A stretch of 17,439 nucleotides of DNA, taken from the NCBI GenBank assembly GCA_046754465.1, contig JBHHVU010000063.1, positions 1-17,439 on the forward strand, given 5' to 3'. The notes beneath the pieces were generated by a model that was not told the origin of the DNA, did no database searches, and saw only the letters and a program-made list of their open reading frames with translations. Origin of the DNA: Nitrospinaceae bacterium (GTDB lineage: Bacteria; Nitrospinota; Nitrospinia; Nitrospinales; VA-1). This document shows, one piece after another, positions 1-7,651 of this stretch (position 1 is its first letter; every line of letters starts with the position of its first letter). The translations under genes were made by a program, and so were the position numbers.

Positions 1-1316
1 TGAAAAGAAAAAGAGAACGCGGGATTTGGGAACTGTATCAAGATGACCCTGAAAGAGCGGATGCCGATATTTGGGGAAGACAAGCGGGGCGAATTTCCCG
101 GCGGGGATTTATCAGGAAGGGGGGATTGGCGGCCATGAGTCTAGCGCTGGGCGCGGCCATTCCTTTTTCCCGTCACATGCCCTCCGGCCTTATTCCCGCC
201 GCCTGGGCGGATTCGGAAGAGGAATTCGTGATTGAAGGGAAGGATGGGTTGCGGGTGCTGAATGACCGTCCCGTCAATGCCGAAACCCCTCCCCACCTGT
301 TGAATGATGAAATCACCCCGGTCTCCCGGTATTTTGTGCGTAACAACGGCCTCGTTCCTCCCTCGGGCTACGGGGGAGACGCCTCGGACTGGTCACTGAC
401 TCTCAACGGAGAGGTGCATCAACCGAGGACATTCAACCTGGAGCAGTTGCAACGATTCAAGCATTACACCTACGCCCTCCAGGTCGAGTGCGGGGGGAAC
501 GGCCGCGCGGGGTTTCGTCCGCCCGCCAAGGGCAATCAGTGGACCTTCGGCGCCATCGCCTGCGCGTCCTACACCGGGGTCCGGATGAAGGATGTGTTGC
601 GGGCGGCGGGACTCAAGGATTCGGCCATCTACACCGGATATTATGGCAGGGATATCCATTTGAGCGGCGATCCGAACCGGGTGGTGATTTCACGCGGGAC
701 CCCCATCTCCAAGGCGATGGAAGATCATACCCTGATCGCCTGGGCCATGAACGGCAAGCCCCTGCATCCCATGCACGGTTTTCCGGTGCGGGTGGTGACG
801 CCCGGTTGGCCGGGTTCCACGTCCATAAAATGGCTGAAGCGGATTTTTGTCCGCGACCGGGTGCACGATGGACCGAAAATGACGGGTTATGCGTACCGTG
901 TTCCCAAATATCATGTTCCCCCGGGCGCCCATGTGCCGGAAAAGGACATGAAGATCATTGAATCCCTGCCCGTGAAATCACTCATTACCCGTCCGCGAAC
1001 CCGGTCCCGCCTCGCGTTGGGAAATCCCCTCGAAATAGGCGGCCATGCCTGGGCCGGGGACAGGGAAGTTCGGCGGATGGACGTGTCCTATGATTTCGGC
1101 GCCACCTGGATTCCGGCCGAATTGAAACCCCCGGTGAATCCCTATGCCTGGCAGCACTGGCGAGTGACCCTGAACTTTCCCTTAAAGGGATATTACGAAG
1201 TCTGGGCTCGGGCCACGGACAGCGCTGGGGTCATGCAGCCGATGGTGGTTCCCGGGTGGAACCCAAAAGGTTATCTCAACAATGCCATGCACCGCATCGC
1301 GGTGACGGTGACTTGA
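1..1316 (+). CDS. Sulfite oxidase family molybdopterin oxidoreductase (SorA/SoxC-like), Tat-exported; start at or before the window edge
   Basis: The frame is open from position 3 (KRKRERGIWELYQDDPERADADIWGRQAGRISRRGFIRKGGLAAM...), and the window opens on 'TG', possibly the end of an ATG. Twin-arginine motif SRRGFI at 96-113. Family motifs: NAETP, YFVRNNG, Mo-ligating Cys in ECGGNGR (489-491), MNGKPL...HGFPVRVVTPGWPG..SIKWL, and a C-terminal dimerisation domain (WARATDS.G..QP...WNPKGYLNN). Confidence 0.93.
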   Translation, partial: KRKRERGIWELYQDDPERADADIWGRQAGRISRRGFIRKGGLAAMSLALGAAIPFSRHMPSGLIPAAWADSEEEFVIEGKDGLRVLNDRPVNAETPPHLLNDEITPVSRYFVRNNGLVPPSGYGGDASDWSLTLNGEVHQPRTFNLEQLQRFKHYTYALQVECGGNGRAGFRPPAKGNQWTFGAIACASYTGVRMKDVLRAAGLKDSAIYTGYYGRDIHLSGDPNRVVISRGTPISKAMEDHTLIAWAMNGKPLHPMHGFPVRVVTPGWPGSTSIKWLKRIFVRDRVHDGPKMTGYAYRVPKYHVPPGAHVPEKDMKIIESLPVKSLITRPRTRSRLALGNPLEIGGHAWAGDREVRRMDVSYDFGATWIPAELKPPVNPYAWQHWRVTLNFPLKGYYEVWARATDSAGVMQPMVVPGWNPKGYLNNAMHRIAVTVT

Positions 1317-1392
1317 ACCTGTTTCCCAAGGTGAGATGAAGTCCATGAAATTTTTCACGCCTCGGAAAAACGGTATCCAGGAAGGTAAAGGA

Positions 1393-1746
1393 ATGTCCCG
1401 GATTTCACGGACTGGCTTGATCCTTTGCGGCACATTTTTCGCCGCGAGTGTTTTCGCCCAGGATGTTTCGGAGAAGGAACTCCCGGCCGGGGAAGGCCGG
1501 CAATTGGTGGAGGAGACCTGCACCGCCTGCCATTCCGCGAGAATCATCCTGCAAAACCGGATGACCCGGAAACGATGGGATGAGACCCTCACTTGGATGC
1601 AGGAAAAACAGGGGTTGCCGGAATTGAAACCGGGTGTGAGAAAACAAATCCTCGACTATCTGGCCAAGCACCAGGGGATGGAGGGAAAATCCGGCCCGGC
1701 GCGAAAGGGGATGTATGATTACGACTATCCCCCCAACCCGTTATAA
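1393..1746 (+). CDS. Monoheme c-type cytochrome, SorB-like partner of the upstream molybdoenzyme
   Basis: Single CxxCH (CTACH, 1519-1533) preceded by LPAGEGRQLV. WMQEKQG supplies a candidate Met ligand. Signal peptide ends in VFA/Q. ATG at 1393 follows AAAGGA and is preferred over 1336. Confidence 0.85.
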   Translation: MSRISRTGLILCGTFFAASVFAQDVSEKELPAGEGRQLVEETCTACHSARIILQNRMTRKRWDETLTWMQEKQGLPELKPGVRKQILDYLAKHQGMEGKSGPARKGMYDYDYPPNPL

Positions 1747-1774
1747 TCCTGGCCGGCCGGGGTTGGATTGATAA

Positions 1775-2581
1775 ATGAGCAAGCTTCCGTTATCCGCCAG
1801 ACTGGGGGGAGGGTTTATTCTTGTGGTGTCCCTTGCCGCGGTGTTTGCCCCCTGGGTGGCTCCCTATTCCTACGAAACACAAGATACCCTGAACACCCTG
1901 GCTTCGCCCAACGGTCAGTATTGGTTTGGGACCGACCGTTTGGGAAGGGACCTGTTTTCGAGGGTGATCTATGGAGCACGGGTGTCCCTGTTTATTGGCG
2001 TGGCAACCACCCTGGTGGCGATCCTCATAGGGACGGTGTACGGGGCGGTGTCGGGATATGCCGGTGGCAGGACGGATAATCTTCTCATGCGCATCGTCGA
2101 TGTGGTTTTTGCGCTCCCGGATCTTTTGATGATCATTCTCCTCATGGTGGTCATGGGAAGGGGAGTGGCGGGGATCTTTATCGCGTTGACCCTGGTGAGT
2201 TGGGTCACCGTGGCCCGGCTGGTCCGGGGGGAGGTGCTGCGGATCAAGGAATACACTTATGTGGAGGCCGCCCGGGCTCTGGGTGCCGGTCATTTACGTA
2301 TCCTGCTTCGGGAGATTTTGCCCAATATCACCGGTCTTTTGGTCGTCACCTTGAGTTTCCGCATCCCCGTGGCGATCCTCGCGGAATCGACCCTCAGTTT
2401 TATCGGACTGGGAATCGCGCCCCCTTTCAGCAGTTGGGGAACCCTTGCCAACGACGGCTGGACCGCCATCAAGTTTTATCCTCACCTGATTTTGTTTCCT
2501 TCCCTGGCGATTTTTTTTACCATTCTTTCTTTCAATTTCCTGGGGGAGGGATTGCGGGATGTGCTCGACCCGAAAAACTGA
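1775..2581 (+). CDS. Peptide/nickel ABC transporter permease (DppC/OppC type)
   Basis: FGTDRLGRDLFSRVIYGARVSL, EAA loop (YVEAARALGA), ESTLSFIGLG..PP..SWG, multiple TM helices. Confidence 0.93.
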   Translation: MSKLPLSARLGGGFILVVSLAAVFAPWVAPYSYETQDTLNTLASPNGQYWFGTDRLGRDLFSRVIYGARVSLFIGVATTLVAILIGTVYGAVSGYAGGRTDNLLMRIVDVVFALPDLLMIILLMVVMGRGVAGIFIALTLVSWVTVARLVRGEVLRIKEYTYVEAARALGAGHLRILLREILPNITGLLVVTLSFRIPVAILAESTLSFIGLGIAPPFSSWGTLANDGWTAIKFYPHLILFPSLAIFFTILSFNFLGEGLRDVLDPKN

Positions 2582-2711
2582 CCGGGAATTCCCGGGGGAG
2601 GGTGTCCACATTCAAGAATCCCAGGATAATTTGCTTTCATCCATTTTTTGGGTGGGATAGAATATAGAGAAAGGGGTATTTTTTGCGGTTCCCCGCAACG
2701 GATATTTTTTA

Positions 2712-2724
2712 TAACTAATTGATA
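2712..2724 (-). promoter_or_regulatory. Putative IHF binding site
   Basis: TAACTAATTGATA; its reverse complement TATCAATTAGTTA fits WATCAANNNNTTR. It lies in an AT-rich intergenic region upstream of a promoter. Confidence 0.45.
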
Positions 2725-2757
2725 TTAGTGAAAAAATGCTTATCCCAAAATATCGAA

Positions 2758-2786
2758 TTGACAAGGTGAAAAAATAGTTATAGATT
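2758..2786 (+). promoter_or_regulatory. Sigma70-type promoter for the 2842 gene
   Basis: TTGACA (2758-2763), 17-bp spacer, TAGATT (2781-2786). Confidence 0.65.
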
Positions 2787-2841
2787 GTGCTTCTTTTGCG
2801 ACCTGTCCGGGATTTTTGGGGATAAATAATGAGAGTTTCCC

Positions 2842-3135
2842 ATGAGTCAAATTAAGAATGATTTAATTTCCGAGATTATACGTGTCTCCCAGACCAACCT
2901 ATTAGGAAAAAAGCGGTCGGAAGAAAAAGATAATGAGGAAAAAAGTGTGCTGGAGTGGATCAGGAATAATGCCGCGAATTACCGGGAAAGTTTCATGAAC
3001 CGGTTGGACACGTTTTCCGCCACCGAACTGGGGGAAATTTTAAATAAGCTGACCCGGTCGGGAAAGGACCTAAGCCAAATCCTGGAGGGCCCTTCCGGAT
3101 CGGCACGAAATTCGAGTCATCCCGTCAAGGGTTGA
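2842..3135 (+). CDS. Hypothetical helical protein (97 aa)
   Basis: Protein-like charged helical sequence, ATG start downstream of a good promoter, fills the gap before the next gene. No family recognised. Confidence 0.8.
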   Translation: MSQIKNDLISEIIRVSQTNLLGKKRSEEKDNEEKSVLEWIRNNAANYRESFMNRLDTFSATELGEILNKLTRSGKDLSQILEGPSGSARNSSHPVKG

Positions 3136-3159
3136 TGAGTCTGGATCAACAGGAAATCA

Positions 3160-3729
3160 TTGATGGCAGAAGGCGAGTCCTCAAGCGGACAACCAAAAAC
3201 CACTTCCGGCTCGGGTGAAGCTTCCGCCGGGGTATCCACCGGCGACGCAAAATCTCCCGCCGCCAAGGCGGCGGCTGCCAGAGCCAAGGCCGCCGCGAAA
3301 GCCAAGGAAGGTCCTCCCAAAAAACCGTTGGCCGATAACGGCGATGGCACCATCACCGATCCCAATTCCGGGTTGATGTGGAAAAAGAGCGATGCCTGGA
3401 TCGATACTCAAAGATTTTATACCTGGCAAGACCACAAAGAATACATCGACAAGATCAACAAGGAAAAGTTTGCCGGTTATGATGATTGGCGCCTGCCCAG
3501 CAAGGCCGAGGCCATGACCATTTTCGACAAGTCCAAGGAATGCCTGGATAAGAACGGGACGCCGTTTTTCATTGATCCCATTTTCGAGGCGGGAGGGGCC
3601 AGCAATACCTGGATCAGCGAATGCTCGGATGAAAAAATCATTCGTTTTGATTTCAAGGTTGGCGTCGATACCTCCTACCCCACCCAGGATATCTGGGGAT
3701 CGATGCGCCTTGTCCGAAAACCGGATTAA
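3160..3729 (+). CDS. DUF1566 (Lcl C-terminal-like) domain protein with low-complexity N-terminus
   Basis: DNGDGTITDPNSGLMWKK, FAGYDDWRLPS..E and terminal RLVR motifs. The N-terminus is Ser/Gly/Ala/Lys-rich with no obvious signal peptide. The start may be the ATG at 3163. Confidence 0.88.
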   Translation: MMAEGESSSGQPKTTSGSGEASAGVSTGDAKSPAAKAAAARAKAAAKAKEGPPKKPLADNGDGTITDPNSGLMWKKSDAWIDTQRFYTWQDHKEYIDKINKEKFAGYDDWRLPSKAEAMTIFDKSKECLDKNGTPFFIDPIFEAGGASNTWISECSDEKIIRFDFKVGVDTSYPTQDIWGSMRLVRKPD

Positions 3730-3977
3730 TCGCTGTCTTTCCTGTCCTCCCGCAGCCACTTCCGCAAGACCCGGCTCGCCCCCTTGGGATCTTTCCTGAT
3801 CCATTTCGCAACTCGTTCATGAAAGACATCCGGCTGGGGAATTATTTTGAGTTTGTCACGGGCCGGGGGACCGCCTTCCGCAAGATGGGTTTTCTTTTTG
3901 GGGCGATGGGAGAATGCCGTCCGAAAAATAAGGCCGGCAATGAGGAAACTGAATAAGATGAGGGGGGATTCAATCAA
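3726..3977 (-). CDS. Small single-TM membrane protein with a C-terminus resembling the FliG-binding tail of FliF
   Basis: TTG start overlaps the dnaJ-like TGA (TTGA). N-terminal hydrophobic helix followed by a basic stretch. Ends in ERVAKWIRKDPKGASRVLRKWLRED. Confidence 0.7.
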   Translation of the reverse strand: MIESPLILFSFLIAGLIFRTAFSHRPKKKTHLAEGGPPARDKLKIIPQPDVFHERVAKWIRKDPKGASRVLRKWLREDRKDSD

Positions 3978-4891
3978 GGCGATCCATTGTTATCGATCAT
4001 GAATTTAACGATAAAATCACCGCGCTTTTTGCCCCAGAGAATGGCGGCTCCCTCATTGGGAATACGGACTTCCTCCCCGGTCAGGGTGCCTTCCTCCACC
4101 TGAATGGTTTTCACCGAATTCAATGTTTTCACTTCCAGCGGACCGCCCTGGTCGGCGAGTTCCTGGGAGATGAAGATTTCCGCGTAAATATCGTTTTTGT
4201 CCCGTTTGAAGGCAGGATGCGGCTGGGTGCAGACCTTGAGAAACAAGTCCCCCGGTGGTCCGCCGTTGCGTCCTTCCGCACCTTCGTTTTGAAACCGCAG
4301 AGTGTACTGGTCGGCCACGCCCGGAGGGATGGTCACGTTCAAAGTCACCCATTGGACCACAAGGCGTTTGCCCTTGCAGGTGGCGCATTCCGCCGATTCT
4401 CGCGCGTCCGTACCCGCGCAATCGGGGCACTGAACATATTTTTCGTAGGTGTAGGGAATGGTTCCGCCCAGGGCCACGGTAATCAGGGGCAGGTCGATCA
4501 TGAACTGCAGGTCAAACCCGCGGGTTGGAAGATTGGGATCGTATTCCTGCTCTTGCGGGTGCGGGCGCCGGTTGAAATCTTCCTGGTACCGGGTCCGGGA
4601 TTCCTGATACCCGAATCCGGAGCCGGGTGGAGCCCAGCCGGTCGAGCCGCCGGGGCGGCTTTGCGTTCTTTGCGTGCGGGATCGTTGGCGGTCGTATTCG
4701 GACCGCTTCTTTTTATCGCTTAAAATCTGGTAGGCGGTGGAAAGGATTTTGAAATTGTTCTCGGCCTTTTTGCTGCCGTTATTAACGTCGGGATGATGTT
4801 TTTTGGCCAGTTCCCGGTAGCGTTTTTTGATTTCCCACGCGGTGGCCGTTTTTTCAACGCCCAGGATTTTGTAATAGTTTCTTTGGGTCAT
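3974..4891 (-). CDS. DnaJ/CbpA-family co-chaperone with reduced zinc finger
   Basis: J domain (NYYKILGV...HPD...LSD..KR..YD), GFDL, two CxxCxG motifs only (CPDCAG, CATCKG), C-terminal domain (IPPGV, GGPPGDL, HP.FKR, RGDFIV). ATG at 4891 is preferred over TTG at 4909. Confidence 0.9.
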   Translation of the reverse strand: MTQRNYYKILGVEKTATAWEIKKRYRELAKKHHPDVNNGSKKAENNFKILSTAYQILSDKKKRSEYDRQRSRTQRTQSRPGGSTGWAPPGSGFGYQESRTRYQEDFNRRPHPQEQEYDPNLPTRGFDLQFMIDLPLITVALGGTIPYTYEKYVQCPDCAGTDARESAECATCKGKRLVVQWVTLNVTIPPGVADQYTLRFQNEGAEGRNGGPPGDLFLKVCTQPHPAFKRDKNDIYAEIFISQELADQGGPLEVKTLNSVKTIQVEEGTLTGEEVRIPNEGAAILWGKKRGDFIVKFMIDNNGSP

Positions 4892-5109
4892 TTTCGCCAA
4901 GATTCGCAAACCCGCGAAAACCGCGGGATATTTTCATGGATGTCCGGTTTTAAATATTCTATCCCTTATTCAGGACTGCTTCAAGCCGGGAGGGGGGAGG
5001 GGATGAAATTGGCCCTGGCATTCCAACGATCCAAAAGGTGTATAATTACATATGAACCCTAGGGATTCCTTTCCGGTTTCCTTGAATAAAGGCCCCCTTC
5101 TGAAAGGCG

Positions 5110-5643
5110 GTGGTTTCCATTCGAATCATTATCAGTTTGCTGATTTTCGCTTGCGCCGGCTGCGCGCATCCTATCTCCGAGGCCATGCGGCAAGGTCTCG
5201 ACCCGAGTGTCAGTCTTTCCGGACTGTTCGAATCCCCGGAAACCTATAAGGGAAAGCGGGTTATGCTGGGAGGGGTTATCACGGAAACAAGAAATCTTCC
5301 CCAAAGAACGGAAATCGAAGTCGTCCAGAAAAATCTCGATTCCTACGGATATGTGGAATCGGGGGACAAGACGATAGGCAGGTTCATCTTCAGTCAGCCG
5401 GGATACCTGGAATCGGAAGTGTATTCCAAGGGAAGAACTATCGTGGGGGCGGGAAAGGTTTTGGGAGGTAAAAAGGGTAAAATCGGCGAGCGAGACTATC
5501 TTTTCCCCTTGATCGAGGCGGAAGAGATCCATTTATGGGAAAATTACAAGGATTATTACTATTATGACCCCTATTATCTGTATTACCCCTTTTCTCCCTA
5601 TTATTACCCTTATGGCTTCCGTGCATTCGGGCATCACTATTAA
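5110..5643 (+). CDS. Slp family outer-membrane lipoprotein (paralog 1)
   Basis: Lipobox (CAGC), GKRVMLGGVI...N....TEIEVVQ, GRF, GYLESEVYSKGR, YLFPLI....IHLW, Tyr/Pro-rich tail. Confidence 0.88.
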   Translation: MVSIRIIISLLIFACAGCAHPISEAMRQGLDPSVSLSGLFESPETYKGKRVMLGGVITETRNLPQRTEIEVVQKNLDSYGYVESGDKTIGRFIFSQPGYLESEVYSKGRTIVGAGKVLGGKKGKIGERDYLFPLIEAEEIHLWENYKDYYYYDPYYLYYPFSPYYYPYGFRAFGHHY

Positions 5644-5728
5644 CACTGATCCGGATTCTTGTTTTTCCCGGGTCTGGTGATTTTCTCGTTTTATCGGGGG
5701 AGGCGGATTTTCACCAGGGGAGGTATTC

Positions 5729-6229
5729 ATGGCAATGCCCCGATGGTTTTACTTGCTCCTGGGCGCGGTCTTTCTGTTTTCAGGCTGCGCCCCGGTTTTA
5801 TCGCAAAGGGTCCTGGACGAAAGCACCGAGAATGTTCCCTTTTGGGATTTGCAGCGACATACCGAAAACTATATTGGAAAATCGGTCCTGCTTGGGGGAA
5901 CGGTCATCCAGGTCGGTCAAGATGCGTCGGGAAGCTGGGTGGAGGTGCTTCAAAGGCCCCTGGGTTACCGGTTGGAACCTCAAATCGACGACCGGCCGGG
6001 AGGACGATTTCTGCTTTTGAGCGATGGGGTCCTGGAGGAAGAGATTTTTTCGAAGGGACGAAAAATCACCGTTGCGGGGATCGTCCAGGGAAAAGAGACC
6101 CGTCCGTTGGACCAGACCACCTACGATTACCCGCTGTTGAAAATCCGTGAATATCACCTGTGGCCGAAAGGAAATTATCCATCCCGGCCCCGGGTTTTTT
6201 TCAGTTTGGGGCTGTTTCATTCCTTTTGA
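5729..6229 (+). CDS. Slp family outer-membrane lipoprotein (paralog 2)
   Basis: GGAGG RBS, lipobox FSGC, GKSVLLGGTVI, EVLQRPL, GGRFL, KGRKITVAG, YDYPLL...EYHLW. Confidence 0.9.
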   Translation: MAMPRWFYLLLGAVFLFSGCAPVLSQRVLDESTENVPFWDLQRHTENYIGKSVLLGGTVIQVGQDASGSWVEVLQRPLGYRLEPQIDDRPGGRFLLLSDGVLEEEIFSKGRKITVAGIVQGKETRPLDQTTYDYPLLKIREYHLWPKGNYPSRPRVFFSLGLFHSF

Positions 6230-6300
6230 ATCCGATTGGGTCTGTTCTCTAAAATCCAGGGGACGGACCTGAAAAGAGGCCAATCCGTTCCGGCCGGGTT

Positions 6301-7086
6301 TTATGGGAGGGAAAGGGTCACTTCTCCGGAGTCAAATACCTGTTCCCGGCCGTCATCGGTCAGGACCTTCAACCGGCCCAGGGAGTCGAGTCCCACTGCC
6401 GTGCCCCCAGTGCTAGAGGACCCCTGGGTGAGCAGAATGTGTTTTCCAAACATGTCGGAATGATCCGCCCATTTTTTGATCACTTGCTGTTCACCGCCTA
6501 AAAGGTAGGCTTCGTATTCCTGGTCTAGATGATTGAGAACCGAAAGGATCAGGGCCAGGCGGTCGACCGGTTCCCCGTTTTCGATTTTCAGGGAGGTAGC
6601 GGTATTTCTCAGGTCCTCGGGAAACTGGGAGGGTCCGTGATTGACATTGATTCCGATCCCCATCACGATTCCCCCCTTATTCTCCTCCGGGGGACAATAT
6701 TCGCACAGCACCCCGCAAAGTTTTTTTCCCTTTAATAATATATCGTTGGGCCACTTGAGCCGGGCCGGGGTCCGGCTGAACGCGTTGACCGCCGACACGG
6801 CGGCGACCCCCGCCAATAAGGTCAATTGAGGGATGTGATCGGGGCTGATCCGGGGTTTCAGGATAACGGACAAATAAATGCCCACCTCCGGAACCGAAAT
6901 CCAGGACCTTTTCAGACGTCCCTTACCCCGGCTTTGTGAGTTGGCGATAATGACCAAACCGTCGTGGGCGTCTTTTTCAAGGTAACGTTTGGCCACATCG
7001 TTCGTGGAATCCACCTCATCCATTACAATAACTTCGGACCCAATGAGGATGGTTTGCAAATTATTTTTGATGGTTTCGCGATTCAT
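6301..7086 (-). CDS. birA: Biotin-[acetyl-CoA carboxylase] ligase, monofunctional (no N-terminal HTH)
   Basis: VDSTND, Q.RGKGRLKRSW, LKWPNDI, KKLCGVLCE, GIGINVN, C-terminal SGEV. At 261 aa it lacks a DNA-binding domain. Confidence 0.95.
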   Translation of the reverse strand: MNRETIKNNLQTILIGSEVIVMDEVDSTNDVAKRYLEKDAHDGLVIIANSQSRGKGRLKRSWISVPEVGIYLSVILKPRISPDHIPQLTLLAGVAAVSAVNAFSRTPARLKWPNDILLKGKKLCGVLCEYCPPEENKGGIVMGIGINVNHGPSQFPEDLRNTATSLKIENGEPVDRLALILSVLNHLDQEYEAYLLGGEQQVIKKWADHSDMFGKHILLTQGSSSTGGTAVGLDSLGRLKVLTDDGREQVFDSGEVTLSLP

Positions 7087-7278
7087 TTTGATACAGAGGA
7101 TGGCGATGCGGTCCGGGTGTTTTTAAATGGGCGCATGTAGGGTTTAAAAATTGATTTTAAATAAAAAATTTAAAAAATTCATTGAATTGTTAGAGAAATA
7201 TTGATAAAAAACAAAGTCTGAAAAAAAGGTTCATACCTTAATTTCAACATTCCCACCTATTTGCAAGGAGAGGACTGG

Positions 7279-7404
7279 ATGAGAAAAGTGGCAGGTTTAT
7301 TAATTTTATTGTTTATCATTGTGGTTTTCACCGCAGGTTGCCCGGAACAAAAATTCCCTGAAGGGCAGCAGGCAAAGCCGGACAACGTTGAAGAAAAGAA
7401 ATAA
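7279..7404 (+). CDS. Small lipoprotein (41 aa), absent from the ORF track
   Basis: Strong RBS AAGGAGAGGA, then MRKVAGLLILLFIIVVFTAGCPEQKFPEGQQAKPDNVEEKK with basic n-region, hydrophobic h-region and lipobox TAG-C. Double stop TAATAG and a downstream hairpin. Confidence 0.82.
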   Translation: MRKVAGLLILLFIIVVFTAGCPEQKFPEGQQAKPDNVEEKK

Positions 7405-7429
7405 TAGGCTTGTCTGAGAGGACGATTCC

Positions 7430-7449
7430 CCGCCTCCACGAGGAGGCGG
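7430..7449 (+). terminator. GC-rich stem-loop after the small lipoprotein gene
   Basis: CCGCCTCC-ACGA-GGAGGCGG, a perfect 8-bp stem. There is no U-tract directly after it, so function as an intrinsic terminator is uncertain. Confidence 0.4.
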
Positions 7450-7620
7450 AAAAGCCTTCCACGAATTTTTCAAGATTGATGATTGCCCAACGGGGCTCTC
7501 TCAAAATCCGGCGGGTTAATTGCGGCCATCTGCCGATGGGGAATGAGAGCCGTCCCGATGGCCCCGCCTGCCTCCTCCGCGAATTTTACCTCCCTCCCGT
7601 TCAAATTATAGCCTAACTTC

Positions 7621-7651
7621 TTGACAATTTTTCCGGTAACAATGATAAAAT
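7621..7651 (+). promoter_or_regulatory. Putative sigma70 promoter for the 7823-9792 cluster
   Basis: TTGACA at 7621-7626 and extended -10 TGaTAAAAT at 7643-7651. The 19-bp spacer is long. Confidence 0.45.

Noticed and set aside
2582..2595. 14-bp palindrome CCGGGAATTCCCGG after the permease stop
   Set aside because: Isolated, no U-tract, and no second copy noticed.
2600..2830. Possible replication origin (AT-rich, IHF site, DnaA-like boxes)
   Set aside because: Only one near-consensus box, no box cluster, and no dnaA/dnaN-type neighbours.
3160..3729. DUF1566 gene as a diversity-generating retroelement target
   Set aside because: No reverse transcriptase and no duplicated template/variable repeat were seen in the window.
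7143..7161. Palindrome TTTAAAA-N5-TTTTAAA upstream of birA
   Set aside because: It is low-complexity sequence in an extremely AT-rich stretch, and this BirA has no DNA-binding domain.
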